A DNA stretch of 32,536 bases from a candidate division WOR-3 bacterium (GTDB taxonomy: Bacteria > Hydrothermota > Tepidihabitantia > SM23-42 > JAOAFX01). Numbering within the stretch: the first letter of the stretch is position 1; each line of letters begins with the position of its first letter. The translations under genes were made by a program, and so were the position numbers. This document shows positions 14,544-24,184 of the stretch, piece after piece. The stretch spans positions 1 to 32,536 of the forward strand of contig JBDRWH010000002.1 of the NCBI GenBank assembly GCA_039802325.1, read 5' to 3'. The notes beneath the pieces are model-generated. The model was given only the letters and a program-made list of their open reading frames with translations. It searched no databases and was not told the DNA's origin.

Positions 14544-16589
14544 CTAAATAAGAGATTTAATCAGAATTTGTAGATCGGTTATTAGAGAACGATTTCTTAA
14601 ATAGTAAAGATTATAATAGTCCTTTTCCTGAGAACTGAGTCGTTTGTTCTTTTCACGTTCCTTGATTTGAACAAAACCAGTGAGACCTGGTTTGTAAGCA
14701 GGTTTATACTTGGTCTTTTCAGATGTGTTTATTTCGGCGCCAACCAGGCTCAGGGTACCTTTCAGTACAGAGAAGAATAATGGCAAGTTTCTCAAAAATG
14801 GGATACCGCCTTCAAACATACTGATTTTTTCTTCGCTGCCCTTTTCAGTAAGGATTTTCTTATTGATAATCCTTGCGCCGACAATGAAATTCAAAAGAAT
14901 TAGCGGGGAAAAAATAATGATCAAGATAAGAGAAGAAACAATATCAAAGAGCCTTTTTATCATAAGATCTATTGGATCATAGGTGCTTATCAAATCTAAC
15001 AAGGGGAGGCTATCTATCTCATCAACGGATGATTTTGCAATAATGTATTCCAGTTCGTGGGGAACAATACGAAAACTCACACCGGTACCGCCTGCATATG
15101 AAATTGTTTCAAGAATTTGCTTATTACTCAAACGGTCACTTGAAAATATCACATCGTCAAGTTTTTGTACTTTTATTACATCTTTTATGCTTTCAATTGT
15201 TGATAGAACCTCAATGCCATCAATTTCCTTACCGATGTTCTTCTCGTCAAAATCAACAAAACCACAAACTTCATAGGGTATATCAGGTCTGGCTCTGAGT
15301 TTCTTCAGAATTCTCATACCTTCCTTGCCAGCGCCAACAATAATCGTACGTCTTAATTTGGAGAGTGGATGTTTGACTGAATGTGGACCAAACCAGCGGT
15401 AGGTGACACGCCAGATGCTTAGGACAAAAATGATAAGCAAAAAGGCGATCAATACTACAACCCGTGAATATGCAAATTGTTTGAAAAAATATGTGAAGGT
15501 AGAATTCAACAAGAATCCAACGATAGTACCCCCAATCAACTGCTTCAGATGGTATTTGCCTTCTGGGTGATAGGCACCGGCAAGATAAATGCTGATAAAC
15601 CATACCAATGTGTACACCGGGATGATTATCTGAAATTTTGTCAATTGATAATGAGGAAGCCAAAGTTTGATTGCTACATAGATACTGAAAATGATTAAAA
15701 CAAAATCAAACATTGGTGTTATGGTACTTTTGAGCAGAGAATAAAAATAGGCAATAAAAGCCCTTGAATATATCCCGAAGATTAAAATAGATTTTAAAAG
15801 CACTGAATAATAATCTTTAAAATGCTTATCAATGAAAATCAACATTGATGAGTAGAAGTTTGTAATATATGAGAATTCTCCTCTTTTTGTACTTTCTCCT
15901 TTGTAGTGGATTGCCTTTGTCCTCGGGGTATAGTAGATTTTACCACCGGCTTTCTTTATTTTATAACACAAATCAATGTCTTCTCCATATAGAAAATAAT
16001 CTTCATCAAAATAACCAACTTTTGTGAGTACTTGTTTTCGGAGCATCATCAATGAGCCAGAAAGGACTTCAACCTCAGATTCAATATCAGGCGAGATATA
16101 AGTAAGGTTGTATCGTGCAAAGATCCTGCTTTTCGGGAAAATCCTGCTTAACCCGATAATTTTGGTGAATGCGACCCAGGGTGTGGGAATACTGCGTCTG
16201 CTTGCAATCTGGAAAGAACCATCGGGGTTGATCAACTTACATCCGACCGCGCTAACATCTTGATTTTTATCGAGAAATTCCTTTAAGATTATGAGTGTAT
16301 CTTCCTGAATCAAGGTATCGGGATTTAGAATTAATACATACTTACCTCGAGCGATCTTCAATGCCTGGTTATTTGCTTTGGCAAAGCCAAGATTTTTGTG
16401 ATTCTCAAGAAGCAAGACATGAGGAAATTTTCTCTTAATCATTGCCTGACTACCATCAACTGAGGCGTTGTCAACGACGATGATTTCAAGGGCAAGATTG
16501 TGTCTGGCACGCTCAATTGCCATTAGACACTGTTCTACAAAATGCTTGACATTGTAGTTGACTATGACAATTGAAATTTCCGGTTCCAT
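14544..16589 (-). CDS. fusion protein: N-terminal GT2 glycosyltransferase + polytopic membrane region + Rossmann-like domain + degenerate WbaP-type phosphoglycosyltransferase domain
   Basis: GT2 motifs: ISIVIVNYN, VVDNASVDGS, NLGFAKANN, NPD and YGEDIDLCYK. About 5 hydrophobic helices follow, then IIVGAGKEG. The C-terminal 137 aa begin KRLFDIVSSLILIIIFSPL and contain VLKGTLSLVG and KPGLTGFVQI. These resemble the bacterial sugar transferase (Bac_transf) domain but lack the KFRTM and DELPQ signatures. Confidence 0.7.
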   Translation of the reverse strand: MEPEISIVIVNYNVKHFVEQCLMAIERARHNLALEIIVVDNASVDGSQAMIKRKFPHVLLLENHKNLGFAKANNQALKIARGKYVLILNPDTLIQEDTLIILKEFLDKNQDVSAVGCKLINPDGSFQIASRRSIPTPWVAFTKIIGLSRIFPKSRIFARYNLTYISPDIESEVEVLSGSLMMLRKQVLTKVGYFDEDYFLYGEDIDLCYKIKKAGGKIYYTPRTKAIHYKGESTKRGEFSYITNFYSSMLIFIDKHFKDYYSVLLKSILIFGIYSRAFIAYFYSLLKSTITPMFDFVLIIFSIYVAIKLWLPHYQLTKFQIIIPVYTLVWFISIYLAGAYHPEGKYHLKQLIGGTIVGFLLNSTFTYFFKQFAYSRVVVLIAFLLIIFVLSIWRVTYRWFGPHSVKHPLSKLRRTIIVGAGKEGMRILKKLRARPDIPYEVCGFVDFDEKNIGKEIDGIEVLSTIESIKDVIKVQKLDDVIFSSDRLSNKQILETISYAGGTGVSFRIVPHELEYIIAKSSVDEIDSLPLLDLISTYDPIDLMIKRLFDIVSSLILIIIFSPLILLNFIVGARIINKKILTEKGSEEKISMFEGGIPFLRNLPLFFSVLKGTLSLVGAEINTSEKTKYKPAYKPGLTGFVQIKEREKNKRLSSQEKDYYNLYYLRNRSLITDLQILIKSLI

Positions 16590-16597
16590 TTCAGATA

Positions 16598-16625
16598 ATT
16601 ATAAATATTAACATAATCGTGTCAA
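16598..16625 (-). promoter_or_regulatory. perfect sigma70 consensus promoter TTGACA-N16-TATAAT, 8 nt upstream of the GT2-fusion ATG (predicted leaderless or 1-3 nt leader)
   Basis: Reverse complement of 16620-16625 is TTGACA and of 16598-16603 is TATAAT, with a 16-nt spacer. TATCTGAA then precedes the ATG at 16589. Confidence 0.65.
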
Positions 16626-16633
16626 GCTGATAC

Positions 16634-17137
16634 CTACCAGTTTGTCAAAATTGTGGTCACGAGTCTTTCGGCGGTTCTTTTGATTGCTTCTTTGATGCTC
16701 GCATCTTCATCAGTGGTATAGATTGACCAGTCTGAAACATCACCTTGCCAGAAGATTGTATTTTTTATCCTGTCCAGACAGGTTACTGAGAATTTTACTG
16801 AAATCTTGTATTGGGTCACATTCAGGGCGCCGGTATACACGTATGGCTCTTTAGAAAAACCGGTGATCTTACCATTTACCACAATGTCTGCCTGGTCTTC
16901 ACTGACAATCTTAAGACTTGAGTTGTTGCGGAATGCTTCAATTGTGGCTTCGGTTGCTATTTCATTGAGACCGGCTTTGTAAGTTTGATTCTCAAATATC
17001 TTTACGTGTACCTTTTTGATATAACCAGGAAGTAAAGAGCGAGTAGAGTAACCACAGCAACCGGAAATGAGTAAGTAGTAAGCAGTAAGTAGTAAGCAGT
17101 ATGATAAATTAGCAAGACGAATGTGGGAGTGTTTCAT
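16634..17137 (-). CDS. LptE-like LPS-assembly lipoprotein
   Basis: Lipoprotein signal peptide with lipobox ISGC followed by CGY. Size (167 aa) and the mature-region pattern resemble LptE-family proteins. The start overlaps the upstream TPR gene stop (ATGA at 17134-17137). Confidence 0.5.
   Translation of the reverse strand: MKHSHIRLANLSYCLLLTAYYLLISGCCGYSTRSLLPGYIKKVHVKIFENQTYKAGLNEIATEATIEAFRNNSSLKIVSEDQADIVVNGKITGFSKEPYVYTGALNVTQYKISVKFSVTCLDRIKNTIFWQGDVSDWSIYTTDEDASIKEAIKRTAERLVTTILTNW
17070..17104 (+). repeat. tandem heptanucleotide repeat (AGTAAGY), 5 units, inside the 5' end of the LptE-like gene
   Basis: AGTAAGT AGTAAGC AGTAAGT AGTAAGC AGTATGA, followed by TAAATTAGCAAGA (compare AATAGGTAGCAAGA at the end of the 10384 array). 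On the minus strand the repeat encodes SYCLLLTAYYLL of the signal peptide. Confidence 0.85.
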
Positions 17138-19392
17138 TTTAGCAACTCCAGTCTTTTTTGGGCTTCGCCACCCCAGACATCAGTTGCGCCACGCTCTTTG
17201 ATGAGGGTGGTGTATATTTTTTTTGCTTCTTGAGATTCACCCAGCATTTCAAGACTTAGCCCAATTTTGAAAAAGGCCGTAGGATACCACATCTCATCCT
17301 TCTTGAAGTTATTGACAATGTTTTCATATTGATACAGTGCCCTTGCAAAATCACCTTTTGCAAGGTATGCTTCAGCGAGCCAGTAGTTATAATCAACAAG
17401 AGATTTCAATTTCGTAGCTAATATTAAATGCTGAACAGCGTTGTCGATCATGCCGCGTCTTAGAAAAGCATAACCTATTTCAAAATAGGCATCTGCTTTA
17501 ATTGAATCAGGACCGATATCAATAAGCCTTTTTCCGACCTCTACTACATCCTGCCATTTTTCGGCTTTTTTGCAGGCGATCAGTTGGTTCTGAGTAGCCT
17601 CTATGCGCAATAGACTATCATTTGATGCAAGGCCATAATAATGCGCAGCAGAATCGAATTCTTGCTTCAGATATTTTAGTGTACCCAATTTGAATAATGA
17701 CTGATAATAATATTTGCTGTTCTTGAATTTCTTCTTGAAATCTGCAAAGCGAGTTTCAGCAAGGGTGTAATTGCTGCTGCGAAAAGGAATTAAGCAGGCA
17801 TTGTAATTCAGGTCTTCATTTTTTCTATACATCGGGATATTTAGCAGTGAATCCAGGATAGAACCGGCCTTATTCCAGTCTTTGTTTTGAATAAAATGCT
17901 CTATTTCTGCAAGGCAAAAATCAAGGTCAATTTGACCCAGCATTTTTCTATATTGTTGTTTGGCATATTCTCTCTTGCCGATGTGAACAAGGCTCAAAAG
18001 ATAGATTCTAACTAGGCTCAAGTCGTTATTCAAGTCTTTTAAATCCAATTTTGCTATTGCCGGGTAATCGCTGTTGTAGAATTTGTAATTGATATAGTTG
18101 CTCAAGATTTTTCTGCGGAACAATGAGTCGGTGCAGCTATCTATCAATTCTTTATATATCATTGATGGGTCATAATTTGTATGTTCCAGACATTCAGCAT
18201 ATGCAAATTTTGTAAGTTGGTCTTTGATTGAGATGAACCTAAAATCATTGAGCGCCATCTTGTAGTTCTTTTCTTGAAAATATTTTAGTGCCCTGACCAT
18301 CCGGGCATAGTTTTTTGTTTCAGGATACTCAAGATAGATTTCAATAACATCATAGGCTTCAAAATATCTTTGTTTTTCCAATAATAACGTGCAGTATATT
18401 GAATCCAGATAAAAGTTCTTGCCCAAATTGTTTCTTAAGACTGCGAGATTATCTTCAATCTTCGCAGTATCGGCAAGAATTGAATATATATCAATACTGT
18501 CAGGTAGAACTAACCGGTCTGGGTCAATGTGGCGGATTCTAAAAAATATCTGTATTACATCTATATCTTCTTTACTCTGAATACTTATGTCATCGGGTAA
18601 TTCTTTGTTGACGAAAATCTTCAAGATTTTTGTCTTTTCTTCAAGCTCGGGGTATGGTGCCATACGAGATATTATGAGGGGCAAGTCATTCGGGTTGAAA
18701 ACAATGGATATCTTTGCCCATTGGTAGAGCATATCTGCAGGGATTTCTTCAACTTTCACTGTTGTGTATTCATTAAAGGCACTAAGAGTGTCTTCTAAGG
18801 CAAGGTAATTCTTAATTAGATACAATTTGCCTTTGAGGCCTCTAATCGTTTTGAATATTTTGTTTCCTTCTCTCAAATCTTTAAGGGAAAGGGCTTTTAG
18901 TATTTTCAACGACTCGTTTTCAGGATAGAATTGTAGCAATTCGTCAAGGCAAGAGCCCTGGGCTCCAAGATTCAAAATTATGCGATCAACGAGCGCGCTA
19001 TCAACATGTAAATAATCATATCTTTTGAGATATTCAAAGGCGAGATAAAAAGAATTGGTGTTAACAAGTTTTTGCAGAAGAAGATTGAAAATATCTTTTC
19101 TTTTCTTGTCGTATCTGAGAGATTCTAAGCCACGATTTGCCGTGGCAAAAAATTTTGTAAAATCATTCTTCTGATCATAGATTTTTAACAGATAAAAAAT
19201 GGCTTCGGGAATCAATGTGTCATTAGGATTTTCATTAACATAATTCTCAAGGAGAATCTGGGCAGTCCGAAAATTACCTTTTTCATAGTTCTGGACAGCA
19301 ACAGAAAAATCATTTAGACCATCAGAAATTGAGAAAAGAACCAGGCAGGGTTCATTCAAAATCATAGAGATTAGAAATATTGCAAGGTTCAT
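17134..19392 (-). CDS. large TPR-repeat protein (752 aa) with an N-terminal signal/anchor sequence
   Basis: Hydrophobic N-terminus MNLAIFLISMIL. Many TPR-like repeats run throughout. The C-terminal part resembles YbgF/BamD-type TPRs (GDFARALYQYENIVNNF, FKIGLSLEMLGESQEAKKIY). The gene overlaps both flanking genes by 4 nt. Confidence 0.65.
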   Translation of the reverse strand: MNLAIFLISMILNEPCLVLFSISDGLNDFSVAVQNYEKGNFRTAQILLENYVNENPNDTLIPEAIFYLLKIYDQKNDFTKFFATANRGLESLRYDKKRKDIFNLLLQKLVNTNSFYLAFEYLKRYDYLHVDSALVDRIILNLGAQGSCLDELLQFYPENESLKILKALSLKDLREGNKIFKTIRGLKGKLYLIKNYLALEDTLSAFNEYTTVKVEEIPADMLYQWAKISIVFNPNDLPLIISRMAPYPELEEKTKILKIFVNKELPDDISIQSKEDIDVIQIFFRIRHIDPDRLVLPDSIDIYSILADTAKIEDNLAVLRNNLGKNFYLDSIYCTLLLEKQRYFEAYDVIEIYLEYPETKNYARMVRALKYFQEKNYKMALNDFRFISIKDQLTKFAYAECLEHTNYDPSMIYKELIDSCTDSLFRRKILSNYINYKFYNSDYPAIAKLDLKDLNNDLSLVRIYLLSLVHIGKREYAKQQYRKMLGQIDLDFCLAEIEHFIQNKDWNKAGSILDSLLNIPMYRKNEDLNYNACLIPFRSSNYTLAETRFADFKKKFKNSKYYYQSLFKLGTLKYLKQEFDSAAHYYGLASNDSLLRIEATQNQLIACKKAEKWQDVVEVGKRLIDIGPDSIKADAYFEIGYAFLRRGMIDNAVQHLILATKLKSLVDYNYWLAEAYLAKGDFARALYQYENIVNNFKKDEMWYPTAFFKIGLSLEMLGESQEAKKIYTTLIKERGATDVWGGEAQKRLELLK

Positions 19393-20480
19393 ACAGTACC
19401 AATCTCATTCAGAAGAATTTCTTCCATCATTTCTGCGGAATTGTCCCAGGAGAATTTTTTTGTCCACTCTCGAGCAGCATTAGAGAAATTAAACCACTTC
19501 TTATCATCGCTAAGCAAATCCTTCATTCTGTTACACAATTGATCGACATTTCCATATTCATATAAATAGCCGGTTTTTCCGTTAATAATAGTCTCTCTTA
19601 ACCCGGGTGAATCGGCACAAATAACCGGTGTGCCGCAAGCCTGGGCTTCAACTGCAGTTAATCCCCACCCTTCTTTTATCGACGGCTGGACAACGACCCT
19701 TGCACGGTGATATGCTATATATTTCTCTCCTTCACTTACAAATCCTCTAAAATCTACCGGCAAATCCAATTCCTTGCAGAGTAATTCCAATTCCTGCCGC
19801 GCATCCCCATCACCCACAACTACCAGTTCAACAGATATTTCTTTTCTTAGTTTATCTATGGCATAAATCAAATGATCAATAGACTTGTATTTCTTTACGC
19901 GCCCGACATAAGCAACAAGATTTTTCTGGCGCACAACTTGAAGATCATTGGCAACTTGGGGGATTCCACAATAAACAACAGATATTTTCTTTTTCACACC
20001 CATGTTTCTTAGATCTTCAGCCGTGCTTTGAGAAATAGCAATAAAATGGGATTGAGGATACATTTGGGGGATAAACTTTTCCGCTCCGAAAACATAGGTG
20101 GCAAAAGCAAAATTGGTTTCTCTATAGATTGTCTTTCCAAACAAATGCATAATCATTATAAAATTCTTTTTTCTTGAATAAAGTGGAGAATAGAATGGAA
20201 TCTTGTTCTGGTCATCAATGATAACATCAACTTTTCTGTTTCGCAGTATTGACCTAAGTGCAAATGGGACATAAAAATTGAAGTTGAATCTTTTTCCAAT
20301 GCGAAAGATTTCAATACCATCAAGTATCTCGTGTCGGCTCTGTCCTGACCCTTTGCTGCAAAGCAGCATGATTTTATGTCCCTTTTTGACCAAGCGTACA
20401 AAGATTTCATAAAGATATACCTCAGCACCGCCTGCGTAGGGATTTTGCCAATCCTGCCAGTTGATTACTAAAATATTCAT
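19389..20480 (-). CDS. GT4-family (group 1) glycosyltransferase
   Basis: EGWGLTAVEAQACGTPVICADSPGLRETIINGKTGYLY matches the GT4 E-x7-E region. The GT-B architecture length (363 aa) fits. Confidence 0.8.
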   Translation of the reverse strand: MNILVINWQDWQNPYAGGAEVYLYEIFVRLVKKGHKIMLLCSKGSGQSRHEILDGIEIFRIGKRFNFNFYVPFALRSILRNRKVDVIIDDQNKIPFYSPLYSRKKNFIMIMHLFGKTIYRETNFAFATYVFGAEKFIPQMYPQSHFIAISQSTAEDLRNMGVKKKISVVYCGIPQVANDLQVVRQKNLVAYVGRVKKYKSIDHLIYAIDKLRKEISVELVVVGDGDARQELELLCKELDLPVDFRGFVSEGEKYIAYHRARVVVQPSIKEGWGLTAVEAQACGTPVICADSPGLRETIINGKTGYLYEYGNVDQLCNRMKDLLSDDKKWFNFSNAAREWTKKFSWDNSAEMMEEILLNEIGTV

Positions 20481-20526
20481 AATTTCAATCAGGGATTTGC
20501 ATTCTGCTATTTAATATGTTGTTTTT

Positions 20527-21468
20527 TCAATGTTCGTGCTTTTGTGAATTCTGGATTTTGGCACGCCAGTAATTCAACAAATCCTCTATTGTTTTTTCAA
20601 ATGGGATTTTCGGCACCCAGCCAGTCAATTTTGAAAACTTTGCGCCATCACCTACAAGCACAGCAATGTCAGCCTTACGAAGACGCGATGGATCAACTTT
20701 GATATCGAAATTTACCTTCGTCATTCTCTTGAGGAGTTCAATGGCATCAGCAAGGGTGTGGCTTTTACCCGAAGATATATTATAGACCTCTTTATCAAGG
20801 CATTTATCAATGGCAAGTTTGTAAGCCATTGCCACATCTATAACATTCATAAATTCTCTTCTTATTTCCATATTACCTACTTCAATCAGCGGTATCTTCT
20901 TACCTCGTTCAATTTCAGCCACCTGTCGGGCAATTGAAGGAAGAACAAAATCATCTGATTGCCCAGGTCCAGTATGATTAAATGGCCGCAGAATTACAAT
21001 TTCCATGCCTGAATTGCTATATTCTTTGCAAATGAGTTCACATGCATACTTGCTCACTGCATAAGGATTTTTAAGAACGATTTCCGCATCTTCTTTTAGA
21101 TGATCACCGCCTCCGTAAACTTCACAAGTAGAAACAAAGATAAATTTTATCTTCTTACTTAGGGATTGTGCCACTTCAAGAAGATTTATCGTGCCCGTAA
21201 TATTTGTATTGTAGGTCAAGGGACGATCAAGGAATGACTTGGCAACTGAACTGACAGCAGCAAGATGAAATATAACATCAGGATTATGGGATTTTAAAAT
21301 TTCCCGTACCATTTCAATGTTCATAATATCCATACTGATAAATTTTCCGCGCTTGGGTTTCAGCAGGGGAAAACAGGTGGGAATAATCATATCAAGGGAT
21401 TCCTTAAGAATTTTTATGAGGTGTGAACCAACAAAGCCTTCAGCACCAGTAATCAAAATGCGTTTCAT
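20527..21468 (-). CDS. rmd: SDR-family NDP-sugar reductase, GDP-4-keto-6-deoxy-D-mannose reductase (Rmd)-like
   Basis: ITGAEGFVGSHL Rossmann motif, YAVSK catalytic YxxxK, and the FNHTGPGQSDDFV pattern seen in Rmd-type enzymes. Located directly downstream of the gmd-like gene. Confidence 0.5.
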   Translation of the reverse strand: MKRILITGAEGFVGSHLIKILKESLDMIIPTCFPLLKPKRGKFISMDIMNIEMVREILKSHNPDVIFHLAAVSSVAKSFLDRPLTYNTNITGTINLLEVAQSLSKKIKFIFVSTCEVYGGGDHLKEDAEIVLKNPYAVSKYACELICKEYSNSGMEIVILRPFNHTGPGQSDDFVLPSIARQVAEIERGKKIPLIEVGNMEIRREFMNVIDVAMAYKLAIDKCLDKEVYNISSGKSHTLADAIELLKRMTKVNFDIKVDPSRLRKADIAVLVGDGAKFSKLTGWVPKIPFEKTIEDLLNYWRAKIQNSQKHEH

Positions 21469-22421
21469 AAAATTTTTGATCGCCAGTAATCAAGAAGATC
21501 TTTAATTGTTTTCTCAAAAGGGATCTCTGGTTGCCAGCCAGTTGCGGACTTGAATTTCTCGTTTGACCCAACAAGCAACTCAACATCAGATGGTCTCATA
21601 CGACACGGGTCCTGAATGACCTTGAGATTGCAATTGGTCATATTGATCATTAGGTTCAACAAATCTCTTATTTTCACCCCTTTGCCTGAGGCGATATTGT
21701 AGACTTCTCCGGGAGTGCCTTTTTGTAAGGCAAGATAATATGCTCGAGTAACATCGCGTACATCAAGAAAATCCCTCACCGCCTCAAGATTGCCCACATA
21801 TATCACCGGTTTTCTTTTTTCCTTCTCAATTTCAACAATCTGTCGGGCAAAGTTTGAAGTGACAAAGACCTCACCGCGCCTTGGACCAGTGTGGTTAAAT
21901 GCCCTTGTTCTAATGATTTTCAGACCGTAACTTTTGTAGTATTGATAACCAAGGAGATCCTGGGTGACCTTGCTTACTGCATAAGGGCTTAACGGCCTCA
22001 AGGGGTTTGTTTCTTTTATTGGTATTTCTTCAGGAAATACAAGTCCATATTCTTCACTTGACCCTGCAATGTGAATTTTTGTTTCGAACTTTAATTCCCG
22101 AACTGCTTCAAATAGGTTCAACTCGCCGAGAATATTTGTTGTCAGAGTTTCGGAAGGGGCACGCCAGGAAAAAGGAACATAACTCTGGGCAGCAAGATGG
22201 AATATGAAATCGGGTCTGACCTCACTGAGAACATATTTTATTGCTGATGCATCTCTGATGTCACATTCATAAAATTTGATTTTATCAAGGATGTGCTCAA
22301 TGTTATCAAGTCTTGAACGCCATTTGATTGTTCCGAATACTTCAATATCATTAAGTGACAAGAGGTAATCAGCGAGATGGCTTCCGGCAAATCCAGAAAT
22401 GCCTGTAATCAATACTTTCAT
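21465..22421 (-). CDS. gmd: SDR-family GDP-mannose 4,6-dehydratase-like enzyme
   Basis: ITGISGFAGSHL, YAVSK, and FNHTGPRRGEVFVTSNFARQI (compare the Gmd signature FNHESPRRG..FVTRKI). Confidence 0.6.
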   Translation of the reverse strand: MKVLITGISGFAGSHLADYLLSLNDIEVFGTIKWRSRLDNIEHILDKIKFYECDIRDASAIKYVLSEVRPDFIFHLAAQSYVPFSWRAPSETLTTNILGELNLFEAVRELKFETKIHIAGSSEEYGLVFPEEIPIKETNPLRPLSPYAVSKVTQDLLGYQYYKSYGLKIIRTRAFNHTGPRRGEVFVTSNFARQIVEIEKEKRKPVIYVGNLEAVRDFLDVRDVTRAYYLALQKGTPGEVYNIASGKGVKIRDLLNLMINMTNCNLKVIQDPCRMRPSDVELLVGSNEKFKSATGWQPEIPFEKTIKDLLDYWRSKIL

Positions 22422-23182
22422 AAACCTCCTTTGATTTCCGTTTTTGTAGGTAAATAGACCATTGGGTCAACAGGTTTTCCCTGGAAGATGACTTCGTAAT
22501 GCAGATGGGGTGAAGTTGATTGGCCTGTTGAACCAAGCGTACCAATGATCTTACCGCCTGTAACTGCATCTCCGCGTTTCACAATGATTGAATCCAAATG
22601 CCCATAGAAAGTCTTATAATTGAAACTGTGTTCAATAATAACATAATTTCCATAGAGTGAATCCCAGCCAAGGGCTGTTACTGTGCCACTCGCTGCGGAT
22701 ATTACTGGTGAATAAAGTGGTCCAGCAATATCTATACCTTTATGTTCTTCACTGAATTTTCTTGAAATCTGTCCAATCACTGGCAGCAAATAGGGAAGAT
22801 TTTCGATTTTCCCCTGGTTGTTCATTTCTTTTTCATATTGATTTTCTACTTCGTTTATGGATGGAGAAACTTCAGCAGGTGTCTTGTCAATGCCCAGCAT
22901 CATTCTTATCTTCTGATTTTCTGCTTCAGCCAATTCTAATTTCTTCTTGATTGTTTCCAGTTTACCGAATTCCCTTTGCATATCGGCATTTTGCTTCCGC
23001 AGTATCTCCAGTTCTATTATTCGATATGAAAGCGTTCCATATTTTACTAATCCCAGAACAAGGAAGACCAATAGAACCAGAAACAAAGTGACAAAACTAA
23101 AAAAAACCTTTTTTGACAGGAAAAAATGTTTTGAAATGGATGAATTTGTGGAACTGAATACTATTGAATATCCTTTTTTCAT
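22418..23182 (-). CDS. M23 (LytM-domain) peptidoglycan endopeptidase with an N-terminal TM anchor and coiled coil (EnvC-like layout)
   Basis: HKGIDIAG, GNYVIIEH, YGHL and STSPHLHYEV zinc-site motifs. A TM helix (FFSFVTLFLVLLVFLVLGLV) and a heptad-rich segment precede the domain. Confidence 0.85.
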   Translation of the reverse strand: MKKGYSIVFSSTNSSISKHFFLSKKVFFSFVTLFLVLLVFLVLGLVKYGTLSYRIIELEILRKQNADMQREFGKLETIKKKLELAEAENQKIRMMLGIDKTPAEVSPSINEVENQYEKEMNNQGKIENLPYLLPVIGQISRKFSEEHKGIDIAGPLYSPVISAASGTVTALGWDSLYGNYVIIEHSFNYKTFYGHLDSIIVKRGDAVTGGKIIGTLGSTGQSTSPHLHYEVIFQGKPVDPMVYLPTKTEIKGGL

Positions 23183-23188
23183 TAATTG

Positions 23189-24184
23189 CTAAAAACCCTT
23201 TTCAGCACAGGCAATCAACAGATTGATTGTTGCCTTAACATCGTTTAGATCACAAACTTCATTTGGTGAATGGATATAACGGGTTGGTATTGATAAGACT
23301 CCACTCACAACCCCTTCTTTTATCAACTGGATTATTGCGGCGTCAGTTGTGCCTCTTTCCAGGATTTCCAGTTGATGGGGAATTCTCAAGTTCCTTGCAT
23401 AGGTTAACAATTTTTCTTTTATTAACGGACTTGTTATGAAAGCACTATCCTTTATTTTTATGGCAACACCCTTACCAATGCCCACTGCCATCTGGGGTGA
23501 TTCTGGAGTGTCGCCAGTTCCAGTAACATCAACTGCGATTGCATATTCAGGGCTGATCCGGTAGGCACTTGTTCGGGCACCTCTTAAACCTACTTCTTCC
23601 TGCGTTGAGAAAACAAAATAAAGATCGGTGTAATTCTTCCTTATTCTTTTGAGTGTTTCAATCAGACAATAACAGCCAATTCGGTCATCCAGCGCCTTTG
23701 ATACAACTTTGTTATTCATGATTTCGGTAGTCTGATAAAAAGATGCAATGTCGCCGAGCTGGACCATCCTTTGTGCTTCTTCTTTGTTCCGGGCACCAAT
23801 ATCTATGTAAAAATTTTCAAGATTAGGTGGTTTTGGTGTTTCTGACTTTGTTTCTACTCCTATTACACCTGTAACACCATTTTCAAAGAGCACACGATGG
23901 TGAAGAATTTTCTCTGGGAAAATACCTCCGACACTGGCAAACCTCAGAAATCCCTGCTTATCAATGTGTTTTACTATTAAGCCAATTTCATCCATATGTG
24001 CGCAGAACATTATTTTCTTTGCTTTCTTCCCACTTTTGGGTGGTAGGTGGGCGATTAGATTACCCAGGGCATCAGTTATAATGTCCTTGCAGAATTTCTT
24101 TATTTCCGATCTTATTAACATACGGATTTTTTCTTCACGGCCTGAAGGACCATAAATTTCAGTAAGGTTTTTGATTAGTTCCAT
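23189..24184 (-). CDS. M42-family (TET/FrvX-like) aminopeptidase, paralog 1
   Basis: SGREEKI, AHMDEIGLIV, DDRIGC and QEEVGLRGA motifs. 331 aa. Confidence 0.85.
   Translation of the reverse strand: MELIKNLTEIYGPSGREEKIRMLIRSEIKKFCKDIITDALGNLIAHLPPKSGKKAKKIMFCAHMDEIGLIVKHIDKQGFLRFASVGGIFPEKILHHRVLFENGVTGVIGVETKSETPKPPNLENFYIDIGARNKEEAQRMVQLGDIASFYQTTEIMNNKVVSKALDDRIGCYCLIETLKRIRKNYTDLYFVFSTQEEVGLRGARTSAYRISPEYAIAVDVTGTGDTPESPQMAVGIGKGVAIKIKDSAFITSPLIKEKLLTYARNLRIPHQLEILERGTTDAAIIQLIKEGVVSGVLSIPTRYIHSPNEVCDLNDVKATINLLIACAEKGF

Noticed and set aside
14521-14550. Rho-independent terminators at convergent gene ends (14527-14543, 11241-11254), after the helicase (28430-28466) and after the HAD gene.
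   Set aside because: I could find only 4-bp stems, and none has a GC-rich hairpin followed by a T-tract. None is good enough to report.
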